Of a stretch of DNA of 64,000 nt, positions 51,707 through 62,612 are shown piece after piece (positions within the stretch are counted from its first letter, which is position 1; every line of letters begins with the position of its first letter). This stretch comes from Octopus vulgaris (Eukaryota). A model generated the notes under the pieces. That model was given only the letters and a program-made list of their open reading frames with translations. It was not told the DNA's origin and made no database searches. The position numbers and the translations under genes were made by a program. The stretch covers positions 89,404,001 to 89,468,000 of the forward strand of contig OX597818.1 of assembly GCA_951406725.2 (NCBI GenBank), read 5' to 3'.

Positions 51707-52609
51707 TAAGTCTAATTCCAGTTTTACTTTTGGGATACCATCAGTTTTTGTGTACCAACAGTTGTTTTTTTCCCTTTCAATTTACTAAATATAAACATCC
51801 GCCTCCCATTTTTATCTTCAAAACTTCCATATCTATCATCATCATCGCTTAACGTCCGCCTTCCATGCTGGTATGGGTTGGATGGTTTGACAGGAACAAG
51901 AGCTGACCAGGCAGGAAACTACACCAGGCTTCTGTATCTGTTTTGGCATGGTTTTTACTGCTGGATGTCCTTCCTAATTCCAACCACCCTGCAGAATGGA
52001 CTGAGTGCTTTTTACGTGGCACCAATGCTAGCAGGGTTACCAAGTAACTTGCAAAACAAGGAATCCTTGAGAGGGAAGAGAGATTTGGAGGAGATGATCT
52101 TGTGTCAGATGATGAAAGGTTAGAGTGTGACAACAAATTTTTATTCTGATTCATCATCATCATCATCATCATTTAATGTCTGTTGTCCATGCTGGCATGG
52201 GCTGGATGGTTTGACCAGAACTTGCAAACCGGGGACCTGCATCAAACTCAAGTCTGATTTGGCATGGTTTCTATGGCTGGATGCCCTTCCTAACACCAAC
52301 CACTTTACAGAGTGTACTGGGTGCTTTTACGTAGTGCTTTGATGTGGTGTCACACGAGTGCTTTTACATGGTGTCGCATGTGCGCTTTAACATGGTATCA
52401 CATGGGCACTTTTACATGGTGCTTTTATGTGACACTCCGCAATCTTAACATGAAACAATAATCTTGTGATCATTAAGGCAACGCCCTAGCTACCAGTCCG
52501 GGCTCCTTTACTTTATTATAGTGGAAATTTGGTTTCCAAATTTAATTTGTTCCTGAAGGCTGTTCCTCACCCCAAATGTTTATAAACCAAAACTATAGTG
52601 ACCGAGACC

Positions 52610-53228
52610 GTTGGAAATATGCTGTGCTTGAGAAGACCTGGCAAGCCAAGTGAGACCATTACCCGTGGCTTATGTCAGGGGTGCAACCAGCCCACTTATG
52701 CGTACCTTTCCTGCATTGGACACTAAACTCTGCTTGCGAAGACCTGTTGAGGCAAGTGAAATCAAAATCAAATTCGATGACTGGCATCCGTGCTAGTAGA
52801 GCGCTAAGAGCACCATCCGAGCATGATCATTTCCAGAGCAGCTGACTGGCTTCCATACCGGTGGCACGTAAAAAGCACCATTCAAGCGTGATCGTTACCA
52901 TCGCCGCCTTACTGGTACTTGTGCCAGTGGCACATGAAATAACATTTGAGCATGGTCATTGCCAGTGCCGCTGGAGTGGCTCCTGTGCAGGTGGCACGTA
53001 AAAAACACAGTTTGAGCATGGCTGTTGCCAGTACCGCCTGACTGGCCCTCATGCTGGTGGCACATAAAAGCACCCACTACATTCTCTTGGCGTTAGGAAG
53101 GGCATCCAGCTGTAGAAACTCTGCCAGATCAGATTGGAGCCTGGTGCAGCCATCTGGTTCGCCAGACCTCAGTCAAATCGTCCAACCCATGCTAGCATGG
53201 AAAACGAATGTTAAACGATGATGATGAT
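52610..53228 (+). mobile_element. Non-autonomous repeat family D (RTE-associated-like) with internal ~55-bp subrepeats and (GAT)n tail
   Basis: GGCGTTAGGAAGGGCATCCAGCTGTAGAAAC...CCATGCTAGCATGGAAA..GTTAAACGATGATG. Copies at 3305-3780(-), 5462-5845(-), 27240-27645, 45485-45780 (two, inverted), 51835-52440(-), 58480-58750, 60055-60520(-), 61280-61625, 63270-63590. Confidence 0.8.
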
Positions 53229-53276
53229 CAAATTCAAGAGAAAACACTGTAAATTTGAACATGGATGTGTGCAGAG

Positions 53277-53322
<46 letters not shown>

Positions 53323-53348
53323 AAAAAAGCAACAAGAATGGATTAAAA

Positions 53349-53436
53349 TCTCGGTACGATCGTTTCGTACGAGGACATCTTTAATAAGCTACAAAAAATG
53401 CAGTGAATACAGATGGCTCGTACTCGTCAGCCGAAA
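53349..53436 (-). ncRNA. Type I hammerhead ribozyme, inverted copy
   Basis: Reverse complement of 56868-56955 within the left inverted arm. Confidence 0.83.
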
Positions 53437-54369
53437 AAACATCAGAGAATTCCCAAACATCAAAAGGGGTAGATACAAAAGAGGTTGTAAGATTAACTGC
53501 ATCGAAGAAAGTTCGATTCATGGAGATCCGATGAAAGGTTTTAAACTTACAGAATTTGTGCATGTCTACATATAGCTCATATTGAATTGATAATCAAGTT
53601 GTGTGAAGAAATCTTCGGATACAGTCATGCAAAATTTCTGAAAATCCGAGTAAGAAGCAAAGTGACTGTCATATCGTGTAGAGGAAAGTCTGAGTAAAAA
53701 GCAAAGTGACTGTCATATTGTGTAGAGGAACAGATTGTTATTGAAATTTACAAGAATTCGCATATAAGTTCGATTCTTGGAGATCCGATGAAAAGTCTTG
53801 AACTTACAGAAAATGTGCATGTCCTTATAGTTCATAATCCAGTTTTGTGAAGAGATTTAGGGTACAATCATGCGAAAATATCAGGGAATCCGAATGAGAA
53901 GCAAAGTGACAGTCTTATACTGTAGAGGTGCAGGTTGTTAATGAATTTTACAAGAATCACAGAGAGAGGAGGAAGGAAGTAGAATTTAATCAGTTACTGC
54001 TATTAAAGCTATCAAAGAGAAAGGGAAGGGGAAGCTAAGGGGATGGACACAAATTGATACTACCAGAAAATCTAAGCTTGTTTAGTGCAAAATTCGAACT
54101 GAGGTCAACAATTTATTTCTTTATTTATAAATGTTACTATTAATAGATTGTCAGGTTACAATGAGAGGTCACTAGAAAGGAAAGAAAAATGGGGTTGTTT
54201 TTTAATGAAACCAAACAATTATATTATTATTATACTATACTATACTACACTACACTATATTATATTATATTATTTTATATTATATTATATCACATCACAA
54301 TACACTACGATAGGTTTGGGATTAGCAGAATTAATTATTAGTGTAAAAGAAACTAAGAGATTTAACTAA

Positions 54370-55665
54370 CTAATTTTACATAGATGTAGATCTAATACAA
54401 CATCTAATCGTAATGATAATAAGTATAAGGATAAATACATAGACCATAACATAGATAGCCCTGATAAGACAATCTTAAATAAAATTAAGAAACATACAAT
54501 TAGTAACGTAGACAACAATAATGACCAAGCCAGAAAGGATAGTAGAAATAGTTTTACAACGGCAAAGTACCCTAATGATATTAAGAACATTAATAAAAAC
54601 ATAACAGTGAACACTTATAATAAGGATAAAATAAACTTGGTTAAAACTAGCAAACATGTTAACAGGAACATTAACAAATACAAAGAATCTGATGATGGTA
54701 GGATTAATTTTAACAACCCTAACTCTAGTGGGAAAAATTCTAGTAGCCCTAACTCAAATTCTAAGAAATTTAATAAGAAAGACATAATATGGCTAAACAT
54801 CCCTTTTAACTGTGCGGTTTCATCAGATATTCAGAGTAGATTCAAAACAATTCTAGAAAAAAATTTCCCATCCTCTCATAGATATCATAAAATTATTTCT
54901 AAAAAAACAGTCAGAATTTCTTATTCAACTCTCCCAAATATGTCCACTTTAATAGCTAAGATCAATAATAATAACTACAATAATGATAACATTATTTTAG
55001 ATAGCAGCACCAATAATATTAATAATGTTAGTAGGGCTTTAGAACCAAATGAAAATGTAGGAATACCAATAAATGATAATACTATTTTAGATAATAATAT
55101 TAACTACAATAATGATAGAGTTTTTTTAGATAATAACAATAATCAAAATCATGATAAATTTACCCGCTCTGCTTCGAACAACAGTAATATGAGACTTCTA
55201 TCCTCAAGTTATTCCACCTCTAATTATAATGCCCCTAGATGTAATTGCAGAATTAAATCAAAATGCCCGGCCCCTGGTTTATGCGGGTTAATTAACATAA
55301 TCTACAAATGCTCCGTAACCACAAATAATAATAAGTTCTCTTATGTTGGATGTACTGTAAATTTTAAACAGAGATTGAATAACCATCTCTCATCCTTCAA
55401 ATTACGTCATAAAGCTGATAGCACCACTCTTTCTAGTAAAATTTGGGAACTAAAAAACAAGAATATCAAATATAACCTTAATTGGGAATTAGTCAGAAGA
55501 GCAAAACCCTATAAAAATAGCAGAGTAGGTTGCCAACTTTGCTCCATGGAAGCATTTGAAATACTAATGTATAGAAATAATAGAGAAATTCCTTTAAACA
55601 GCAGAATTGAACTTGGAAATTCTTGTATACATGCTCGAGTTAAGACTCTTAAATATTTTAAATGA
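54370..55665 (+). CDS. Penelope-like element ORF C-terminal part: low-complexity linker, post-RT region, Cys-rich linker and GIY-YIG endonuclease; RT core absent
   Basis: IIWLNIPFN...VRISYSTLPNM; CNCRIKSKCPAPGLC; IIYKC...YVGCT..FKQRLNNH; CQLCSMEAFEI...LNSRIELGNSCIH. The frame stays open from the inversion junction (~54378) with no initiator ATG there. Confidence 0.88.
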   Translation, partial: LILHRCRSNTTSNRNDNKYKDKYIDHNIDSPDKTILNKIKKHTISNVDNNNDQARKDSRNSFTTAKYPNDIKNINKNITVNTYNKDKINLVKTSKHVNRNINKYKESDDGRINFNNPNSSGKNSSSPNSNSKKFNKKDIIWLNIPFNCAVSSDIQSRFKTILEKNFPSSHRYHKIISKKTVRISYSTLPNMSTLIAKINNNNYNNDNIILDSSTNNINNVSRALEPNENVGIPINDNTILDNNINYNNDRVFLDNNNNQNHDKFTRSASNNSNMRLLSSSYSTSNYNAPRCNCRIKSKCPAPGLCGLINIIYKCSVTTNNNKFSYVGCTVNFKQRLNNHLSSFKLRHKADSTTLSSKIWELKNKNIKYNLNWELVRRAKPYKNSRVGCQLCSMEAFEILMYRNNREIPLNSRIELGNSCIHARVKTLKYFK

Positions 55666-56867
55666 TATTTCAATTGATAACTGTATACTGGAATCACTTT
55701 GTATAAAATTCACTTTGACTTATATATCACTCCTACATAGTATATTATATATTTGACTAGAAAGATAAGATCTAACTAGCTATGATTATATTCTATCTCT
55801 GATTGCACTATTTAATACTTATTGATTTAAATTATTTGATTTATTTCTATTGGACCATATTAATAATTTAAATTTTGCTCTATTTTTATCTCCATTTCTT
55901 AGTCTATTTCACTTTAACCCATATATAAAAATTAGTTAGTTAAATCTCTTAGTTTCTTTTACACTAATAATTAATTCTGCTAATCCCAAACGTATCGTAG
56001 TGTATTGTGATGTGATATAATATAATATAAAATAATATAATATAATATAGTGTAGTGTAGTATAGTATAGTATAATAATAATATAATTGTTTGGTTTCAT
56101 TAAAAAACAACCCCATTTTTCTTTCCTTTCTAGTGACCTCTCATTGTAACCTGACAATCTATTAATAGTAACATTTATAAATAAAGAAATAAATTGTTGA
56201 CCTCAGTTCGAATTTTGCACTAAACAAGCTTAGATTTTCTGGTAGTATCAATTTGTGTCCATCCCCTTAGCTTCCCCTTCCCTTTCTCTTTGATAGCTTT
56301 AATAGCAGTAACTGATTAAATTCTACTTCCTTCCTCCTCTCTCTGTGATTCTTGTAAAATTCATTAACAACCTGCACCTCTACAGTATAAGACTGTCACT
56401 TTGCTTCTCATTCGGATTCCCTGATATTTTCGCATGATTGTACCCTAAATCTCTTCACAAAACTGGATTATGAACTATAAGGACATGCACATTTTCTGTA
56501 AGTTCAAGACTTTTCATCGGATCTCCAAGAATCGAACTTATATGCGATTCTTGTAAATTTCAATAACAATCTGTTCCTCTACACAATATGACAGTCACTT
56601 TGCTTTTTACTCAGACTTTCCTCTCCACGATATGACAGTCACTTTGCTTCTTACTCGGATTTTCAGAAATTTTGCATGACTGTATCCAAAGATTTCTTCA
56701 CACAACTTGATTATCAATTCAATATGAGCTATATGTAGACATGCACAAATTCTGTAAGTTTAAAACCTTTCAGCGGATCTCCATGAATCGAACTTTCTTC
56801 GATGCAGTTAATCTTACAACCTCTTTTGTATCTACCCCTTTTGATGTTTGGGAATTCTCTGATGTTT

Positions 56868-56955
56868 TTTCGGCTGACGAGTACGAGCCATCTGTATTCA
56901 CTGCATTTTTTGTAGCTTATTAAAGATGTCCTCGTACGAAACGATCGTACCGAGA
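56868..56955 (+). ncRNA. Type I hammerhead ribozyme in PLE 3' region
   Basis: Stem I TTTCGG/CCGAGA; core CTGACGA (56874-56880); stem II GTACGAG/CTCGTAC with ~43-nt structured insert; GAAA; palindromic stem III ACGATCGT; GUA cleavage triplet. Confidence 0.85.
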
Positions 56956-57105
56956 TTTTAATCCATTCTTGTTGCTTTTTTCCTATTTGAAATCACCCCA
57001 CTTGTCGTATGGTTAACACCATATAGATTTCCGGTGCATCCTAGTTAAGGACCATATTCATGTGAATTCTTTAGAATTCACTTGAATCTCAATTACTTAA
57101 CCATA

Positions 57106-57198
<93 letters not shown>

Positions 57199-58292
57199 CA
57201 AACACACTCATGTTAAGTTCATCAGAAGACTGTCCACTGGAGGACAGTTCCAGGAGAAAATTCTCCTACATATGTGTCAGGTTCCACCTACCCCTTGCCC
57301 ATAACTTCATTTTAATCCTTCTGTTACTCTGTCTCTAATGAAAAGCAAATGCTTTCATCAAAATTCATTTTGAAAATAACGAAGATTCTAATAAAATAGG
57401 TCATTATTAAGCTGGCTTTTGTAACCTACAAACAAAAAAGTGTTTTAATTTAGATCACTTGCAATTAGGAAGTTTGTATTAGAAGCAAGGGCAGTCTAAG
57501 TTGAGTTGGTATCAAACAGACTAAGGACTTTTTGGTGGGGCTTTCTAGGTGGAGATAATAGACAAAGAGAATCCCACTTAGAGTACAGTTCTGAGAACCA
57601 CAGAACCTTGAGAGAGAGAAAGGAAAGAGAGAGGAGAGAAAGAGAGATAAGTTAATCAATAGCAAGGTATAGTCACTGGTAGCATATGTTTCCCTCAGAG
57701 GTGGGACAGAAGCTTCAATAAATGTATTATGGAAATAATAAACATCTTCAAAAGAAAAAGTATGTTTGTGTTTATTTGTAAATATATCCACACAAACAAG
57801 CCTATTGATTATATCATTTTAAAATATACATTTCCAGTCAGGCTTGGGTGGTACTATAACTTTCATCTTTTATTTTTCACTCATTTCAGTCATTAGACTG
57901 TGGTCATGCTGGGGCACAACCTTGAAGAATTTTTACTCGAACAAGTCAACCCCAGTACTTCTTTTTTGTTAAGCCTGGTAGTTATTCTATCAGTCTCTCT
58001 GCTGAGCTGCTAAGTTATGATGATAATGTAAGCAGTATCCTTTTTTATTTCCAATCATTCACAAAATTCCATCACAAAAGTTATATTCTTGCACATGAAT
58101 TAGAAATTATTGTTATCATCATGAAAATGGTAGTGGATAGAAGAATCAGTAAGGTGATACATTTAATGCAATGCAGTGCAATATTTAGTTTCAAATTTTA
58201 TGCTTTGAGAACAAAACTCACAGCAGCCTACATAACTAGCGGGTACTGAAAAGTTCCTGACTTTAGATAAAAGAAAATACAGGAGAATCAAT

Positions 58293-58460
58293 TACCGTAT
58301 TTTATTGTGTATAAGGAACCCTCTTTTGTCAAAAATTAGGTTAAAAAAAAATAAAGAAGTTTCATATACAGGAATAGTATTATAATCTCTTACAAAACCA
58401 TTTTTCCAAATTCTAAGCCCAAAGAATTAGGGGGTTCCTTATACACATTAAAATACGGTA
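58293..58460. mobile_element. Tigger/pogo-like MITE
   Basis: TACCGTATTTTATTGTGTATAAGGAACCC / GGGTTCCTTATACACATTAAAATACGGTA inverted termini. Confidence 0.75.
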
Positions 58461-59025
58461 GTTATGATTTTATTCAACATGCCAGGTATGGCTGATACAT
58501 GTACCAGCTGACTGGCCCCCATGCAGGTGGTACATAAAAAGCACCCACTACACTCTCAGAGTGGTTGACGTTAAGAAGGTCATCCAGCTGTAGAAATCTT
58601 GCCAGATCAGATTGGAGCCTGGAACAGCCTCCTGGCTTGCCAGTCCCCAGTCCTCGGCAAAAGAGAACGATAGAATAAGTACTAGGCTTACAAAGTACTT
58701 ATCCAACCAATGTCAGCATGGAAAGCAGACATTAAATGATGATGATGATGATTCTCCTCTCAGATTCACAGACTTATTGCAGTGGTCCTTCAGATTTTCT
58801 AAGCCCTCTTTTACTCTTTTATCTTTTACTTGTTTCAATCATTTGACTACGGCCATGCTGGAGCACCGCCTTTAGACGAGCAAATCGACACCAGGACTTA
58901 TTCTTTGGAAGCCTAGTACTTATTCAATCGGTCTCTTTTGCCGAACCGCTAAGTTACGGGGACGTAAACACACCACCATCGGTTGTCAAGCAATGTTAGG
59001 TGGACAAACACAGACACACAAACAT

Positions 59026-59060
<35 letters not shown>

Positions 59061-59469
59061 CACACACACACATATACGACAGGCTTCTTTCAGTTTCTGC
59101 CTACCAAATCCACTCACAAGGCTTTGGTCGGCCCAAGGCTATAGTAGAAGACACTTGCCCAAGGTGCCACGCAGTGGGAATGAACCTGGAACCATGTGGT
59201 TGGTAAGCAAGCTACTTACCACACAGCCACTCCTGCGCCTTGTAAAAGAACTTGGAAGGTTGGGCCTCCAACCAGGCCTTTCACAATACCCCTAAAGCCA
59301 GGAACTTTACAGCACATTTTAGCCTTCTAGGGAAGATTAAATAGAGTACCAGTCAAGTACTGGTGTTGATGGTATTCACTAACACTCTCTCTGAAACATT
59401 GTTGGCTTTGTGCCTAAATCAAAAACAATTACTTTAGCATTCAGATTATTGTCAAATGTTCTGAGACTC

Positions 59470-59788
59470 CCTTAGGTCACAACACAGACCATGGGATTGC
59501 ACCTAGAAAGTTACCCTCCCAAGCACAAGTCTGGGCAAGGTTGTTTATGGAAGACCAGCAGTTGCCCATGCATACTGGCCTCCCCTCTCCACACCACCAG
59601 TGTTATCCAAGAGAAAGCTGATACAGCTTGGCACCTATGACCTCGCATTTCTACAGCTGAGTGAACTGGAGCAACATGAAATAAAGTGTCTTGCTGAAGA
59701 ACACAACACGCAGCCCGGTCTGGGATTCGAGCTCACAACCTCACGATCGTAAGCTCGACGCTCTAACCACTGAGCCATGCGCCTTCAC
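59470..59788 (-). mobile_element. tRNA-derived SINE family C
   Basis: Minus strand has GCATGGCTCAGTGGTTAGAGCG A box and a B-box-like GAGCTCGAATCCC. Copies at 13398-13717(-), 49400-49740(-), 30450-30615(+). A related head occurs in 23010-23337(-), 17715-18000(+), 28880-29185(+). Confidence 0.82.
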
Positions 59789-60899
59789 TAAATGTGAAGG
59801 ATTACATTCTGTCAAATGTAATGCTTATTTATTAACATTGTTTTGAATTAATCATGCATTATATTGTAGCTTTGATATTTTATTGATGTGATTGCTTATT
59901 GTTCGAATGACATTGTAGAGTAGGTGTGACAGACCAGATCTGGTTAGTTTGAACATAAAACAGGTAGAATATTTGGTCCTGATACAGCCAGTTTAAATGC
60001 TAATGGGTTAAAAGGACAGCAAGCTTAGAGAATTGTTTGAGCACTACAAAAAATCATCATCAACATTTAACATCCGTTCTCCATGCTAGCATGGGTTGGA
60101 CGGTTCGACCAGGGTCTGGAAGCTATGGAGGCTGCACCAGGCTCTAGTCTGATTTGGCAGTGTTTCTACAGCTGGATGCCCTTCCTAACACCAACCACTC
60201 CGTGAGTGTAGTGGGTGCTTGTTTTTAATGTGCCAGAGCAGGCTGGCAAACGGCCATAATTGGTTGGTGCTTTTACGTGTCACCGACACGGACCCAGTCA
60301 GGAGGCGCTGGCATCTGCCACGTTCGGACGGTGCTTTGTACGTGTCACCGGCACGGGTGTCTTAAACTACAATTTCCATTTGAATTTTTATTTTGATGTT
60401 GATGTACTTGACTCAATAGGTCTCCTCAAGAACAGCGGGTCACTCTACGATCCAAGGTTAGCACAGCAGGCCGTCCTGCGAGCCATGAACTCACTTCATT
60501 TGTCGGGTCTTTGGCATAATTTCTTATGAATCTTTATGTTCAAAGTTCAAATCCCACAAAGATCAACTTTGTTTATCACCCAGCCAGGATCAATAAAATA
60601 TAGTATCTGTCAAATATTGGGGTCTGTAGTTTCGACTAATCTCCCAGCAAAATTGTTGGCCATAATATCAAGGAAAAAAAATGCCCTGCAGTATTTGCTC
60701 CAGCTCTTTATGAGTTCAAACCCTGTAAAAATCAACTTTATTCATTGTCCCTTCAGGGTCAATAAACTGAAGTACCAGTTTAAAGGCTAGAGTCAATGAA
60801 CTCAATGAAAACTCCAACCACAAAATTACTGGCTCTGAGTCTAAATTAAAAATATTAATCTACTATAATAATACTCTTGTGGTTTTCTCTGTTACAAAA

Positions 60900-62612
60900 T
60901 ATGAATGAGAAAGAAAGGGGTGATAGATGAATAAGGAAGGAAGGGGTGATGGCAAACTTGGTAGTGGGATGATGAAAATTCTACACTGAAAAAAAAATCA
61001 AACAGCTTTTCAACTATGTGAGTATATGTGTTTGCATGTAGAAGGAGGTATATGAATGTGTGTGCAATGGAAGTGGGATGGTGAACATTGAAAGCTGAAA
61101 AAATCAAACAGCGTTTCAACCCTGTGTGAGTATATGTGTATGTTTGCACAAGGGAAGTATGTGAATGTTTGTATGTGTGAGGCAGCGTTCTTTCAGTAAT
61201 AAATGATGATCGATGTCACATCTCAAAAGACAACCAATAGATAACATTGACAAGTGTATTAATTTGAATTACCATCAAATAAAAATCAAATGGAAATTGT
61301 AGCTGTGATACCTGTGCCGGTGGCACATAAAAAGCACCATCCGAACGTGGCCGATGCCAGTGCCACCTTGACTGGTTTCCATGCCAGTGGCATGTAAAAA
61401 GCACCAACCGATCGTAGCTGTTGCCAGCCGCCCCCTGGTACCTGTGCCGGTGGCACATAAAAAGCACCTACTACACTCACGGAGCGGTTGGCGTTAGGAA
61501 GGGCATCCAACTGTAGAAACACTGCCAGATCAGACTGGAGCCTGGTGCAGCCTCCTGGCTTCCCAGACCCCGGTCGAACTGTCCAACCCATGCTAGTATG
61601 GAAAACGGACGTTAAACAATGATGATTCTATCTTTTGTCCTTGTTTATATATGAAATACAACAATTAGTCATCATTTTTGACAGCATGGGGCCAGCTAGT
61701 TGCAAATGTTTCTTCTGGTGAGGTTGACTTTGCCATTCATTCTTTCAAGGTCGATAAAATAAGCACCAGCTGGGCACAGGGGTTGGTGTAATCAACTAGA
61801 CCAATTCCCCAACAATTTCAGGCCTTGTACCTATAAGAGAAACAGTCATTCTAAATGCGTCTAAGGTAGCAAGCTGGTGGAATTATTAAATCATCAGACA
61901 AAATGCTCTACATAATCTCATCCAGTTTAAAATTCCTTGTTCAAATTCTGCCAAGGTCAACTTTGCCTTTCATCCTTTTAGTGTCAATAAGATCAATACC
62001 AGTCAGGTACTGGGGTTGGTGTAATCAACTAAACTCACCACCCCAAATTACTGGCCTTGTACCAATAATAGGGAGAATTATTATAAACTAGCTGGCCCCA
62101 TGCCATCAAAAATGATGGCTAATTGTAGTATTTTATATGGTAAATCAAATTAATACACTTGTCAATGTTATCTAGTGGTTGTCTTTTGAGATGTGACACT
62201 GATTACCATTTGTTACTGGTTTACACATACAAACATTCACATACTTCCCTTGTACACATACACACATATACTCACAGAGTTGAAACGCTGTTTGATTTTT
62301 CTTTTCAGCACTGAATGTTCACCATACCACTCCCTTCTTTATTCATCTATCACCCTTTCCTTTCTCATGCATGGAGCCAGCTAGTTGTAAATGTTTCTTC
62401 TGCTGAGATTGACTAAGCTATTCATTCTTTCAAGGTCGATAAAATAAGCACCAGCTGGGCACAGGGGTTGGTGTAATCGACTAGCCCCATGCCCAACAAT
62501 TTCAGGCCTTGTACCTATAAGAGAAATAGTCATTATAAATGCTTCTAAGGTAGCAAGATGGTGGAATTATTAACTCATCAGACAAAATGCTCTGCATTAT
62601 CTCATCCAGTTT
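60900..62612. repeat. Local inverted-plus-direct duplication complex
   Basis: ~60900-61700 (interrupted by a family D copy) is inverted relative to 62086-62372; 61692-61928 is directly repeated at 62376-62612. Confidence 0.72.

Larger units (their letters stand above)
53319..57105 (+). mobile_element. 5'-truncated Penelope-like retroelement with inverted ~1.06 kb repeat, inserted in (TA)n
   Basis: Arms 53319-54377 and 55928-56985 are reverse complements. They flank a GIY-YIG ORF; HHR near the 3' end; (TA)n on both sides. Confidence 0.9.

Noticed and set aside
54148-54369. Mirror ORF pairs 54148-54369 / 55936-56157 and 53381-53563 / 56741-56923
   Set aside because: By-products of the inverted repeat in non-coding AT-rich sequence.
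55663-55710. Selenocysteine readthrough of the PLE ORF TGA (some Naiad PLEs are selenoproteins)
   Set aside because: The conserved Cys positions are encoded by ordinary Cys codons, the TGA falls at the expected end after CxH..K..L, and I recognised no SECIS.
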